From an uncultured Bacilli bacterium (GTDB taxonomy: Bacteria > Bacillota_I > Bacilli_A > RF39 > UBA660), in contig CANRIB010000004.1 of assembly GCA_947630575.1 (NCBI GenBank), positions 3,027 through 67,026 of the forward strand: DNA of 64,000 nt. The letters are read 5' to 3'. The notes under the pieces were generated by a model, which saw nothing but the letters and a program-made list of their open reading frames with translations, made no database searches and was not told the DNA's origin. This document shows, one piece after another, positions 17,935 through 27,174 of the stretch (positions are counted from its first letter, which is position 1; every line of letters starts with the position of its first letter). The translations under genes and the position numbers were made by a program.

Positions 17935-18936
17935 ATGAATGTTATAGTGTCAAATAAATATCAAAATATGCTTGCAACATTAGATATTGATATAATTAAA
18001 AGTATTAATGGAGAGTTTGAAGTTGAAGATTTAGTTAGTCAATTTACAAATTTTTACTTTAATAAAATGATTATTGATGTAACGGCAATAAAGGGTTATC
18101 AAAATATAAAGAATATTCAAAAGTTATCAGTAAATTTTGATACGAGTAAGATAATTTTATTATTGGATGATTCCGCGATGGTTAACAGTGGGGCTTATTT
18201 ATCCCAATTAGTTTCGATGGGAATATATAATTTTACAAGAAATATAAATGCGGTTAAGTTTTTAATTGATAATCCTAATTCATATAAAGATGTTGCCCAA
18301 TATCATAATTTAAATGGAAATAGTACAGATAATGATAATCCAGTAAATTTTGATACTTTTGCTGGTTCGGGAAGTGGAGGTATGAGGATAGTTGGCTTTA
18401 AAAATGTAACTCTTCATGCAGGGGCTACTTCTTTGGTTTATATGCTAAAAAAACATTTGGAAGTTGCATATAATGTTATTGCAATTGAGGTAGATGGAGA
18501 AGACTTTAAATATTTTAATGATAAAAGCTTAAAGACCACAACTGCTTTAGATTTATCTTTTAATATTGCTAATAATCCGGATGCAGAAGTTATATTAATT
18601 GATTTAAATGAATCTAATCAAGAAAGTTTATGTAATGAAGTGGTTTATTTAATTGAACCAGGCTTAATTAAACTTAATAAATTGATTAGAAATGATAGAG
18701 AAGCTTTTGAAAAGTTAAAAGATAAAATGATAGTGTTAAATAAAAGTATTTTAACTAATAAAGATATTAGTGATTTTGAAAAAGAAACTAATAGTAAAGT
18801 CTTTTATAATATACCTTATGTTGATGATAAGAAAGAGCATGAACAAGTGTTGGAAGACTTTTTGGTAGCTTTAGGTTTTTCAAGATTAAATAATGGTGGG
18901 GGAAATAAAACTAAACTTTTTAATATATTTAAATAA
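17935..18936 (+). CDS. TadZ/CpaE-like protein: receiver-like N-domain plus ParA/MinD-like domain with degenerate Walker A
   Basis: 333 aa. The C-terminal half has a MinD-like layout, but HAGATS replaces KGGVGKT. Context is the pilin-like genes. Confidence 0.45.
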   Translation: MNVIVSNKYQNMLATLDIDIIKSINGEFEVEDLVSQFTNFYFNKMIIDVTAIKGYQNIKNIQKLSVNFDTSKIILLLDDSAMVNSGAYLSQLVSMGIYNFTRNINAVKFLIDNPNSYKDVAQYHNLNGNSTDNDNPVNFDTFAGSGSGGMRIVGFKNVTLHAGATSLVYMLKKHLEVAYNVIAIEVDGEDFKYFNDKSLKTTTALDLSFNIANNPDAEVILIDLNESNQESLCNEVVYLIEPGLIKLNKLIRNDREAFEKLKDKMIVLNKSILTNKDISDFEKETNSKVFYNIPYVDDKKEHEQVLEDFLVALGFSRLNNGGGNKTKLFNIFK

Positions 18937-18961
18937 AATCACTTTGAAGAGTGATTTTTTA
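18937..18961 (+). terminator. Intrinsic terminator ending the pilin-like cluster
   Basis: AATCACT-TTGAAG-AGTGATT followed by TTTTT. Confidence 0.7.
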
Positions 18962-19012
18962 GTTTTAAATTTTATTAATTGCTGATATAATATAACAAAA
19001 GGAGAATACTGA

Positions 19013-19780
19013 ATGAAAAAAGTAGTAAGTTTTGTTGTTTTAGTATTAGTGATGAGTAGTATTATAATATTAACTATTTATACTTTGAATAATAAAGGGG
19101 TTAAAGAAGATGTTCAGGGAAAAGTTGGTAGAAAAATAGAAAATGTTACTACTAATATGACTGATAATAGTTTAAATGAGATATATAATGTGTATTTAAA
19201 TAATCAAAGACATAAATTAAAATTAGAATATAGTATAAATAAAAATAAAGAAAATAATATGATAAGTGGAACTTTACTAATTTATATTGATGGGGTTAGA
19301 ATAATTAGAGAAAATGTGATTAATGATATTCAGGCAGAGGATATAGAGAGTTTATTTTCGAATGTTGATGTTGATAATTATGTTAGAATAGATATGAATA
19401 ATATCCAAATATTAAAAGAAAATAATCAGGAATATTTGTTGATAAGAATGGGTGTTTTAGATAAAGATAAAGTTATAGAAAAATATTATTTATTTGATGA
19501 TAAAGGGGAATCTTTAATTGAAGATGGGTTATTAATTAGAAATGATCAAGAATATATTGTTAATAAAGATGGAAAGGATTTAAATGTTTTTTATGAAAGT
19601 TTTGAGGGACAACTTAGAGTAAAAAGAGAAGGAAATATATTTTATGCTTTAATATTAGAGGAAAAAGAAGAAAATTTGGTTTTAAATGAATATAAGTATT
19701 ATTTTAAAAATGATAAATTAAATAAGGAACTTATTACGACCCATGAAAATGTTAAAATTAAGGATAAAGAATCTAAATAA
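19013..19780 (+). CDS. Membrane-anchored hypothetical protein
   Basis: 255 aa with an N-terminal TM/signal anchor and a GGAGAA RBS. No family recognised. Confidence 0.55.
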   Translation: MKKVVSFVVLVLVMSSIIILTIYTLNNKGVKEDVQGKVGRKIENVTTNMTDNSLNEIYNVYLNNQRHKLKLEYSINKNKENNMISGTLLIYIDGVRIIRENVINDIQAEDIESLFSNVDVDNYVRIDMNNIQILKENNQEYLLIRMGVLDKDKVIEKYYLFDDKGESLIEDGLLIRNDQEYIVNKDGKDLNVFYESFEGQLRVKREGNIFYALILEEKEENLVLNEYKYYFKNDKLNKELITTHENVKIKDKESK

Positions 19781-19844
19781 GAGGTTCTTTTTAATTGTTG
19801 TTAAATAATTACTTTTATGTTAAAATGTTGGTAGGTGATTACTA

Positions 19845-21119
19845 ATGTTTGTAGATGAATTAACAATTAAAGTCGTAGCTGGTAAAGGGGGAGATGGGTG
19901 TACATCTTTTAGACGAGAAAAATATGTTGCAATGGGAGGACCTGATGGGGGTAATGGTGGTCATGGGGCCAGTATTATTTTTAAAGTAGATAAAGGTTTA
20001 AAGACTTTAATTGATTTAAGATATATGAAGATTATTAAAGCAGATAAAGGAGAAAATGGTAAAGGTTCAAATAGACAGGGAGCTAATGCTTCTGATGTTG
20101 TAATTAAAGTTCCAGAAGGGACGACAATTATAGATAAAGATACTAATTTAGTTATAGCAGATTTAGTAGGAGATAATAAAGAAGTTGTAGTAGCTAAAGG
20201 AGGACGAGGGGGACGAGGAAATGCTGCGTTTAAAACCCATAGTGATAATGCTCCGAGAATTAGTGAACTTGGGGAACCAGGCGAAGAAAGAATTCTTAAA
20301 GTAGAACTTAAAGTTATTGCTGATGTTGGTTTAATTGGATTTCCAAGTGTAGGCAAATCGACAATTTTAGCTACGATTAGTGCGGCAAGACCTAAAATTG
20401 CTAGTTATCATTTTACTACTTTAGCTCCTAATTTAGGGGTTGTTAAATTAAAGGATAGTCGCAGTTTTATTATGGCAGATTTACCGGGACTTATTGAAGG
20501 GGCGCATACGGGAGTAGGTTTAGGACATAAGTTTTTGAGGCATGCTTTAAGAACAAAACTTTTAGTGCATGTGATTGATATGGGAAGTGAAGAGGGAAGA
20601 GATCCAATACAAGATTATTTAAATATTAGAAAAGAATTAGAAGAATATAGTGAGAAACTTGCAAATAAAAAAGAGATAATTGTTGCAAATAAAATGGATT
20701 TACCTGAGGCTTTAGATAATTTAGAAAAGTTTAAAGAAAGATTTAGGGATAAGGAAATTATTCCAGTTAGTTCAGTTACTAATGAAGGATTTGATACTTT
20801 AATGGAAAGTTGTGCTGATAAATTGGAAGAAATAAATAATACTCCTTTATATGAAGAAGATGAGTTAGAAAGTCACATTATTTATAAATTTAAAAATGAA
20901 AAACCATTTACAATTACTAAAGATGGTGATGTTTGGGTATTAGAAGGTAAGGAACTTGAAAAACTCTTTAAGATGACAAGATTTAATGAAGATGAAGCAG
21001 TAGTTAGATTTGCCAGAAAATTAAAGGGGATGGGAGTTGAAGAAGAACTAGAAAGAGCAGGAGCTAAAAGAGGAGATTTAGTCCAGATTTGTGATTATAT
21101 GTTTGAATTTAAAGAATAA
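19845..21119 (+). CDS. obg: GTPase Obg/CgtA
   Basis: Gly-rich Obg fold (GGDGCTSFRREKY..GGPDGGNGGHG), G-domain GFPSVGKST/DLPGLIEGA/NKMD, and a C-terminal OCT domain. Confidence 0.95.
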   Translation: MFVDELTIKVVAGKGGDGCTSFRREKYVAMGGPDGGNGGHGASIIFKVDKGLKTLIDLRYMKIIKADKGENGKGSNRQGANASDVVIKVPEGTTIIDKDTNLVIADLVGDNKEVVVAKGGRGGRGNAAFKTHSDNAPRISELGEPGEERILKVELKVIADVGLIGFPSVGKSTILATISAARPKIASYHFTTLAPNLGVVKLKDSRSFIMADLPGLIEGAHTGVGLGHKFLRHALRTKLLVHVIDMGSEEGRDPIQDYLNIRKELEEYSEKLANKKEIIVANKMDLPEALDNLEKFKERFRDKEIIPVSSVTNEGFDTLMESCADKLEEINNTPLYEEDELESHIIYKFKNEKPFTITKDGDVWVLEGKELEKLFKMTRFNEDEAVVRFARKLKGMGVEEELERAGAKRGDLVQICDYMFEFKE

Positions 21120-21120
21120 A

Positions 21121-21447
21121 CTATTCTTCGAATAAAAGAATAGTTCCAATTTTAATTTTTTTAGTACTATTAGCAGGCATTTCTAAAATGCTTGTTTTTT
21201 TAGAGTCATATTTTATTTTAATGATGCGGTTTTTGTCTAAGTTCTCATATTTATATATTACTTCATTGTTTTCGTCTAAGCCAACAATATCAATATTTAC
21301 TTTCATAAAGTAGGTATGAATAGAATTGCATTTAGGAAAAAGCATACCATAATTAATGTTTTTCTTGCCCATTAGGCCTTTTAATCTTTTGGAAAAGGAG
21401 TTTGCAATAATTATATTATATTTTTGTTTGTTAGTTTTAAGATACAT
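21121..21447 (-). CDS. DUF192 family protein
   Basis: 108 aa. RLKGLMG...GMLFP.CNSIHTYFM pattern typical of DUF192/COG1430. Confidence 0.65.
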   Translation of the reverse strand: MYLKTNKQKYNIIIANSFSKRLKGLMGKKNINYGMLFPKCNSIHTYFMKVNIDIVGLDENNEVIYKYENLDKNRIIKIKYDSKKTSILEMPANSTKKIKIGTILLFEE

Positions 21448-21571
21448 ATTATCACCTATAATAATTGTATCATATAAATTGAAATTTATGACTTCTAATT
21501 TTTAATTTTTAGTATTTTATAGTTAAATTAAATAAATACTTGAAATGGCTTAATAAATTAATGCTTAAAAA

Positions 21572-21600
21572 TTGACTTTTTAACTATTTTATTATATCAT
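21572..21600 (+). promoter_or_regulatory. Candidate promoter TTGACT-17-TATCAT for the tad operon
   Basis: Read directly upstream of flp. Confidence 0.4.
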
Positions 21601-21622
21601 TATTATGATAAGGGTGAAAGTT

Positions 21623-21829
21623 ATGAAGAGAGATGGCCAAGCATTAGTAGAGTATATTTTAATAATTGCACTTATTAGTGTTATTGCTATTGCGCTCGTT
21701 AATTACTTTGGGGGTTATCTAAAGGATGCGATTACCAAGACATCATGTAGTTTAGTTGATGAGGTATATACTAAAGGAGATAAGCCCGGAGAGGGTAAAT
21801 GTGAGGAAAAAGAGGAAACTCAGGAATAA
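21623..21829 (+). CDS. flp: Flp-family type IVc pilin
   Basis: MKRDGQALVEYILIIALISVIAI carries the G/xxxxEY Flp motif. Start at 21623 with a GGGTGA RBS (ORF track starts at 21605). Confidence 0.75.
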   Translation: MKRDGQALVEYILIIALISVIAIALVNYFGGYLKDAITKTSCSLVDEVYTKGDKPGEGKCEEKEETQE

Positions 21830-21852
21830 CTTTTACTTAAAGGGGTAATAAA

Positions 21853-22191
21853 ATGAGAAAAAAAGGGCAGGCACTAGTAGAATTTATAATAATATTACCA
21901 ATATTTTTAATGCTGTTTTTGGGTGTTATAGATTTAGGAAAAATATTTTATAATAAAATTATTTTGGAAAGTGCCATAAATGATGTAGTTTCTTTATATC
22001 AGGATGGTAAAAGTGAAGAAGAAATAAAAAATAAATTAGATTTAGATGATTCTAAGTTGGAAATAAATGATGATGGAAGTTATAAAGAAATTAAGATAGA
22101 AAAAGAAGTAGAGATTATTACACCGGGACTTAATTTAGTTTTAAATAGTCCTTATAAATTAGAGATTAAGAGGAGTATTATAAATGATTAG
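21853..22191 (+). CDS. TadE-like pseudopilin
   Basis: KKGQALVEFIIILPIFLMLFLGVIDLG N-terminus typical of TadE. Confidence 0.7.
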   Translation: MRKKGQALVEFIIILPIFLMLFLGVIDLGKIFYNKIILESAINDVVSLYQDGKSEEEIKNKLDLDDSKLEINDDGSYKEIKIEKEVEIITPGLNLVLNSPYKLEIKRSIIND

Positions 22192-22555
22192 TAATAAAAG
22201 AGGACAGACTTTAATACTATTTATTATTTTAATACCATTAATCTTGGGAGTTATGGCTGTGGTTGTTGATGTGGGGTTAATAGTTAGTAAAAGTAGTAGT
22301 TTAAAAGAAACAACAAGATTAGTTATTAAAGATAGTTTAAATAATGATTTAGGAGAAGAGGAAATTAAAGAATTATTTGTTAAGAATAAAATAGATGTTG
22401 ATAATTTAGAATTAGAATTAGAAAATGAGGAAATTCATGTTAAGAATAAAATAGAGATAGATAGTATTTTTGGGGCAATTATTGGGCTTAAAAAATACAC
22501 GATTAAAATAGATATTAAGGGGTATAAAGATAATAATAAAATAGTTATAGATTAG
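22184..22555 (+). CDS. TadE/TadG-like pilus assembly protein
   Basis: KRGQTLILFIILIPLILGVMAVVVDVG N-terminus (TadG-like N-terminal motif). Confidence 0.6.
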   Translation: MISNKRGQTLILFIILIPLILGVMAVVVDVGLIVSKSSSLKETTRLVIKDSLNNDLGEEEIKELFVKNKIDVDNLELELENEEIHVKNKIEIDSIFGAIIGLKKYTIKIDIKGYKDNNKIVID

Positions 22556-22564
22556 GGTGAAGCT

Positions 22565-23329
22565 ATGAATAATAAAGGAATGTCAATATGTATATCATCG
22601 GCTAAAGGTGGAGTTGGTAAGACTATTACAACGCTTAATCTTGCTGGTTTATATGAAGTATTAGATAAAAAAGTTTTAGTGATTGATTTTGATTTAGCTA
22701 GTGGAGGAATTGCAACTGCTTTAAATATTGAACCACAAAAAAGTGTTTATAATTTTGTTGATGATTATAATAATAACCGTTATAAAGATTTTAAAGATTA
22801 TGTTATTAGGTATGATGATAAAATAGATATTTTAGCTAGTCCTAAAGATCCAAGACAAGCAGGTAAAATAAATCCTAAATATGTAGAATTAATACTTGAT
22901 AAAGCAGTATTTAATTATGATATTGTGTTAGTGGATACTAGTCATGTACTTAATGATTTTAATATATTTACGATGGATTTAGTAGATAAAATTATTTTTA
23001 TGGTTACTAATGACCCAATGGATTTAAAGAATATGAGAAGTTTAATTGGGATATTAAAAGATGTTAATTATAATAATTATAAAGTGGTTTTAAATGAAAG
23101 TGTCCATCCATTTAAGAAATATTTTAGTTTGTATGATATTAAAAATATTATTAGAAATAATATAGATTATGTTATATCTAAAGATTTTTATATTAAAAAT
23201 ATTGATAGTATTATTATGAGTGGAAAGATTATTACTTTAGATAGTAAAGTGCCTTCGGTTTTTAATAAAGATTACACAACCTTAATGCAATTAATAACAG
23301 ATATGTATAAAGAGGAGGTGCAAGAATGA
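22565..23329 (+). CDS. TadZ/CpaE-type ParA-like ATPase (no receiver domain)
   Basis: Walker A SAKGGVGKT. Position between the pseudopilins and cpaF. Confidence 0.8.
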   Translation: MNNKGMSICISSAKGGVGKTITTLNLAGLYEVLDKKVLVIDFDLASGGIATALNIEPQKSVYNFVDDYNNNRYKDFKDYVIRYDDKIDILASPKDPRQAGKINPKYVELILDKAVFNYDIVLVDTSHVLNDFNIFTMDLVDKIIFMVTNDPMDLKNMRSLIGILKDVNYNNYKVVLNESVHPFKKYFSLYDIKNIIRNNIDYVISKDFYIKNIDSIIMSGKIITLDSKVPSVFNKDYTTLMQLITDMYKEEVQE

Positions 23330-24771
23330 AACAGAGTTTAAGAGATGCATTTGATATAGAAATTAAAGAGAAAGAAACTAAGATTTTAAATGATTATGAA
23401 ATATTTAAAGATAAAAAATTACTGGATAAGTTAAGAACAGAGATAGTAGAAAATTTAATTGATAATGAAATGCCTAAGGATATTAGTTTAAATGAATGGA
23501 TTAATAATGAGATAGATAAAACAGTTGAAGGTTATGATTTATCTAATTTAGAAAGAAGTCATTTATTTAATTTAATTGATAATGAAATAAATGGATATGG
23601 GCCGATATCTGAGCTTTTAAATAGTAAAAATGTAACGGAAATAATGGTTAATTCTCCTAATGAAATATATATTGAAATAGATGGAGTATTAACGAAAGAT
23701 GAAAGTGTATCATTTATTAATGATGAACATATTATTAGAACAGTTCAAAGATTAATACAACCTTTGGGAAGGACTATTGATGCTTCTAATCCGATGGTTG
23801 ATTCAAGACTTATGGATGGGTCAAGAATTAATGCGGTAATACCTCCTTTATCAACTAAAGGGCCGGTGGTGACAATTAGAAAATTTAAAGAGTCTATGAG
23901 TAATATTGATGAATTAATTAGAATTGGAACTTTAACTCCTTATATGGCAAGATTTTTGGATGCGGCAGTAAGAGGAAAATGTAATATATTAATATGTGGT
24001 GGTACTGGTTCTGGTAAGACTACTTTACTTAATATTTTAAGTGGTTTTATTGGGGATAATGAAAGAATTATTACAATTGAAGATGCAGCAGAATTAAAAT
24101 TAAAGCAAAACCATGTTATATCTTTGGAAACAAAAATGCTTAATTATGAGCAAAAAAATGAAATTACAATTCGGGATTTAGTTATTAATTCTCTTAGGAT
24201 GCGGCCAGATCGAATAATTGTGGGAGAAGTAAGAGGTAAAGAAGCTTTTGATATGTTGCAAGCAATGAATACAGGACATGATGGATCTCTTACGACTATG
24301 CATGCGAATGGTCCTCAAGATGCTTTAAATAGACTGGAAACAATGGTTTTAATGGGAGGGTTAGAAATTCCTATTAAGGCTATTAGAGAATATATTATTA
24401 GTGCGATAGATTTAGTTGTTAATATTGAACGGATGAGTGATGGAAGAAGAAAAGTTACAAATATTGCAGAGTTAGAAGATTTTACAGATGGTGAAATTAA
24501 ATTAAAAGAAATATTTGCTTTTAAACAAAAGGGACTTACAGAAACAGGGGAAGTTGATGGAGAATTTATTTTGTATGATGGAGTTCCAAAAGTATATAAA
24601 AAGATAAAAGCGCGGGGAATTTTAGATATTGAAGATATTTTTTATCCAGATAAAGTAGTTAAAGAACAACATAATTTTATTAAAAATGGAATTAAAGAAG
24701 AAGAACAAAATGATAAACCAAAAATAATGTATTATCGGGGAAAATATGAGGGAATTGGACCTAGAGAATAG
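23326..24771 (+). CDS. tadA: CpaF/TadA secretion ATPase
   Basis: Walker A GGTGSGKTT, TIEDAAEL, RMRPDRIIVGEVRG and GHDGSLTTMHAN motifs. Confidence 0.92.
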   Translation: MKQSLRDAFDIEIKEKETKILNDYEIFKDKKLLDKLRTEIVENLIDNEMPKDISLNEWINNEIDKTVEGYDLSNLERSHLFNLIDNEINGYGPISELLNSKNVTEIMVNSPNEIYIEIDGVLTKDESVSFINDEHIIRTVQRLIQPLGRTIDASNPMVDSRLMDGSRINAVIPPLSTKGPVVTIRKFKESMSNIDELIRIGTLTPYMARFLDAAVRGKCNILICGGTGSGKTTLLNILSGFIGDNERIITIEDAAELKLKQNHVISLETKMLNYEQKNEITIRDLVINSLRMRPDRIIVGEVRGKEAFDMLQAMNTGHDGSLTTMHANGPQDALNRLETMVLMGGLEIPIKAIREYIISAIDLVVNIERMSDGRRKVTNIAELEDFTDGEIKLKEIFAFKQKGLTETGEVDGEFILYDGVPKVYKKIKARGILDIEDIFYPDKVVKEQHNFIKNGIKEEEQNDKPKIMYYRGKYEGIGPRE

Positions 24772-24779
24772 GAGATATT

Positions 24780-25778
24780 ATGACAGGAGTAAGACTAGTA
24801 CAAATATTAATTATGGTTATTATTTTAGGAGTAGTTATATATTTACTTCGTCTTTCTCGTGCGGTAAAGTTAGAAAAAAGAATTGGTAAATTTGCTATAG
24901 CAAATGAAGAAATTGATAGTGAATTATCTTTAATTGATAAGGGTTTGGAATTTATTAAAAAGATAATAAAATTATTTTCAAAAATATTAAAAAAATCAGT
25001 AGTATTAACTAAATATGGAGAAAAGTATAATAAATATATTTCTTTTAAAAATAAAGATAAAATAGAGGGGATAGACTATGTATCTTTGAAGTTTTTGATA
25101 GCTATAATAGTATTAGGATTAAGTGCTATTACGGCTTTATTTCATAAAATTAATTTAAGTTTTCCTGTAGTGATATTAATATTTTTAATTAGTTTTTTTG
25201 GAATTGATATTTATTTCTATATAGAATTTAGGAAGAGAAGAAAAAAAATTGAAGATGATTTATTAAAAGCTATTATTATTATGAATAATGCTTTTCAAAG
25301 TGGTCGCAATATTATGCAGGCAATAGAAGTTGTTAAAAATGAGCTTGATGGTCCTATTCAAGATGAGTTTAAAAAAATATATTTAGATATTACTTATGGG
25401 TTAGATTTAGAGCTTGTTTTTGATAGATTTTATGAAAGAGTAAAATTAGAAGATGCTAAGTATATTAGTTCATCTCTTAGTTTACTTAATAAAACTGGGG
25501 GAGATATAATAAAAGTGTTTTCTTTAATTGAAAAGTCAATTTTTGATAAAAAGAATTTAAAAAATGAGCTTAATAGTTTAACGGCTTCTAGTCAATTTGT
25601 GTTTAAAATGTTGATTTGTTTACCAGTTTTATTAATAGGGGTAATATTTATTTTAAATCCTACATATTTTACACCTTTATTTACGACACCTTTAGGTATT
25701 TTAGCTTTAGTATTTACAATTTTATTATATATTCTTTATATTTTAGTTATTAAAAGAGTTTTGGAGGTCGAGTTATGA
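24780..25778 (+). CDS. tadB: TadB-like platform protein (T2SSF domain)
   Basis: Polytopic membrane protein following cpaF, with overlapping stop/start. Confidence 0.8.
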   Translation: MTGVRLVQILIMVIILGVVIYLLRLSRAVKLEKRIGKFAIANEEIDSELSLIDKGLEFIKKIIKLFSKILKKSVVLTKYGEKYNKYISFKNKDKIEGIDYVSLKFLIAIIVLGLSAITALFHKINLSFPVVILIFLISFFGIDIYFYIEFRKRRKKIEDDLLKAIIIMNNAFQSGRNIMQAIEVVKNELDGPIQDEFKKIYLDITYGLDLELVFDRFYERVKLEDAKYISSSLSLLNKTGGDIIKVFSLIEKSIFDKKNLKNELNSLTASSQFVFKMLICLPVLLIGVIFILNPTYFTPLFTTPLGILALVFTILLYILYILVIKRVLEVEL

Positions 25779-26473
25779 AAAGTAGTTTAAGTTACAAGAT
25801 TTATCCTAAAACAACGATTAAAAGAATAGAAAAGAAAGTAAAATTATTGGGGGTAAGTACAGATTTTTCAGTGGTATTTTTCTTAAATGGAAGATTATTA
25901 TTATGTATATTAGTATTTATATTAAGTTTAGTTTTCTTTAAATATGGTTTTATTATTGCACCAATTTTAACTTTATTAGTTTATTTGGGAATGGAAAAAA
26001 TATGTTTAGATTATGAAATAAAAAAGAGAGGAAAAAGATTAGAAAAACAAGCTTTATTCTTTATGGAAGTTTTAGTTTTAACTTTAGAGGGAGGAAGAAA
26101 TTTAGAAAATGCTTTAAATTTAACTATTGCGAATATTGATTCAGAATTAGCTTTAGAATTTAAGCAAGTTATAGAAGAAGTGCATTTGGGTAAGAGTTTA
26201 AATGAGAGTTTAGAAGCTATGAAAAAAAGAATTCCAAGTGAAGTTATAAATAATACAATTCTTAATATGATACAGGCTAATACTTATGGAACAAATATAA
26301 CTGTTTCTATGTATAATCAAATTGAATTTTTGAGAAATAAACAATTATTGGATGTTAAAGCCGAAATTGCTAAATTACCAACAAAAGTAAGTGTGATAAG
26401 TGTTTTATTTTTTGTACCAATCATGTTACTTATTATTTTAGCGCCGGTTTTAATTAAACTTATTAGTAATTAG
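25775..26473 (+). CDS. tadC: TadC-like platform protein (T2SSF domain)
   Basis: Polytopic membrane protein, coupled to tadB. Confidence 0.8.
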   Translation: MKSSLSYKIYPKTTIKRIEKKVKLLGVSTDFSVVFFLNGRLLLCILVFILSLVFFKYGFIIAPILTLLVYLGMEKICLDYEIKKRGKRLEKQALFFMEVLVLTLEGGRNLENALNLTIANIDSELALEFKQVIEEVHLGKSLNESLEAMKKRIPSEVINNTILNMIQANTYGTNITVSMYNQIEFLRNKQLLDVKAEIAKLPTKVSVISVLFFVPIMLLIILAPVLIKLISN

Positions 26474-26851
26474 TTTTTTGATATTTTTTAAAGTTATGGG
26501 GTCAATGAAATGTTCTATTTTTTCAACTTGCTCTAAAGTAAAATGTTTTTTGTTTAGTTTTTTTAAAAATATTGTTAATATTTCATGTCTAGTGTATAAA
26601 TATTTACCTATTTTAAGACCTTTATTTGTTAATGTTAAATTATCTGGGTTAATAATATTTAAGTTTTTAAGTTTAGTAATCATCTTGCTGCAAGATGATT
26701 TTTTGATATGAAGTAAGTTACTTAATTTAGTGATAGTTAAAGTTTCGTTTTGAAGAGTTTTGCGATAAAGCATTTCAATATAGTCTTCCATCGCGTAGGT
26801 AATAAAGTTTTGATTTTTTAAATAACTTGTTAAAGTATAATAATCATTCAT
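26450..26851 (-). CDS. DtxR/MntR-family metal-dependent repressor (short form)
   Basis: MEDYIEMLYRK..., an N-terminal winged-HTH typical of Fe_dep_repress. Divergent from feoAB. Confidence 0.7.
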   Translation of the reverse strand: MNDYYTLTSYLKNQNFITYAMEDYIEMLYRKTLQNETLTITKLSNLLHIKKSSCSKMITKLKNLNIINPDNLTLTNKGLKIGKYLYTRHEILTIFLKKLNKKHFTLEQVEKIEHFIDPITLKNIKKLITNKFN

Positions 26852-26891
26852 AATAACATATCCTTTTATTTTACATATATTAAAGTAGTTG

Positions 26892-26909
26892 TTAGTTTAG
26901 GGAAACTAA
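26892..26909. promoter_or_regulatory. DtxR/IdeR-box-like palindrome TTAGTTTAGGGAAACTAA in the feoA promoter region
   Basis: 7-bp perfect inverted arms with a 4-nt spacer. Resembles the TTAGGTTAGCCTAACCTAA consensus. Lies between the repressor gene and feoA. Confidence 0.5.
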
Positions 26910-26937
26910 TAATTATATATTAAAGGAGTTAAAAAAA

Positions 26938-27174
26938 ATGACAATTACTTTAGATAAAATAAAAAAAGATGAGGAAGTTTTAATAAAAAGAGTACAGGGG
27001 GAAGAAGATATTAAAAGAAGATTCTTGGATTTGGGGTTTGTTCCGGGTGAAAAGACTAAATGTGTTTTAGTAAGTCCTTTTAAAGATCCTAAAGCTTATT
27101 TTATTAATAATAATATTATTGCAATTAGAGATAAAGATGCTAAAAATATAGAGGTATTTTATGAAAGAGATTAA
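26938..27174 (+). CDS. feoA: Ferrous iron transport protein A
   Basis: 78-aa SH3-like protein (LGFVPGEK...), overlapping feoB. Confidence 0.85.
   Translation: MTITLDKIKKDEEVLIKRVQGEEDIKRRFLDLGFVPGEKTKCVLVSPFKDPKAYFINNNIIAIRDKDAKNIEVFYERD

Noticed and set aside
19961-20356. 131-aa minus-strand ORF inside obg. Similar shadow ORFs lie at 4771-4983, 9638-9847, 10023-10232, 15436-15699, 16109-16318, 26478-26711, 27778-28014, 28168-28353 and 28639-28881.
   Set aside because: All lie fully inside and antisense to, or out of frame with, genes carrying strong family signatures. They are shadow ORFs.
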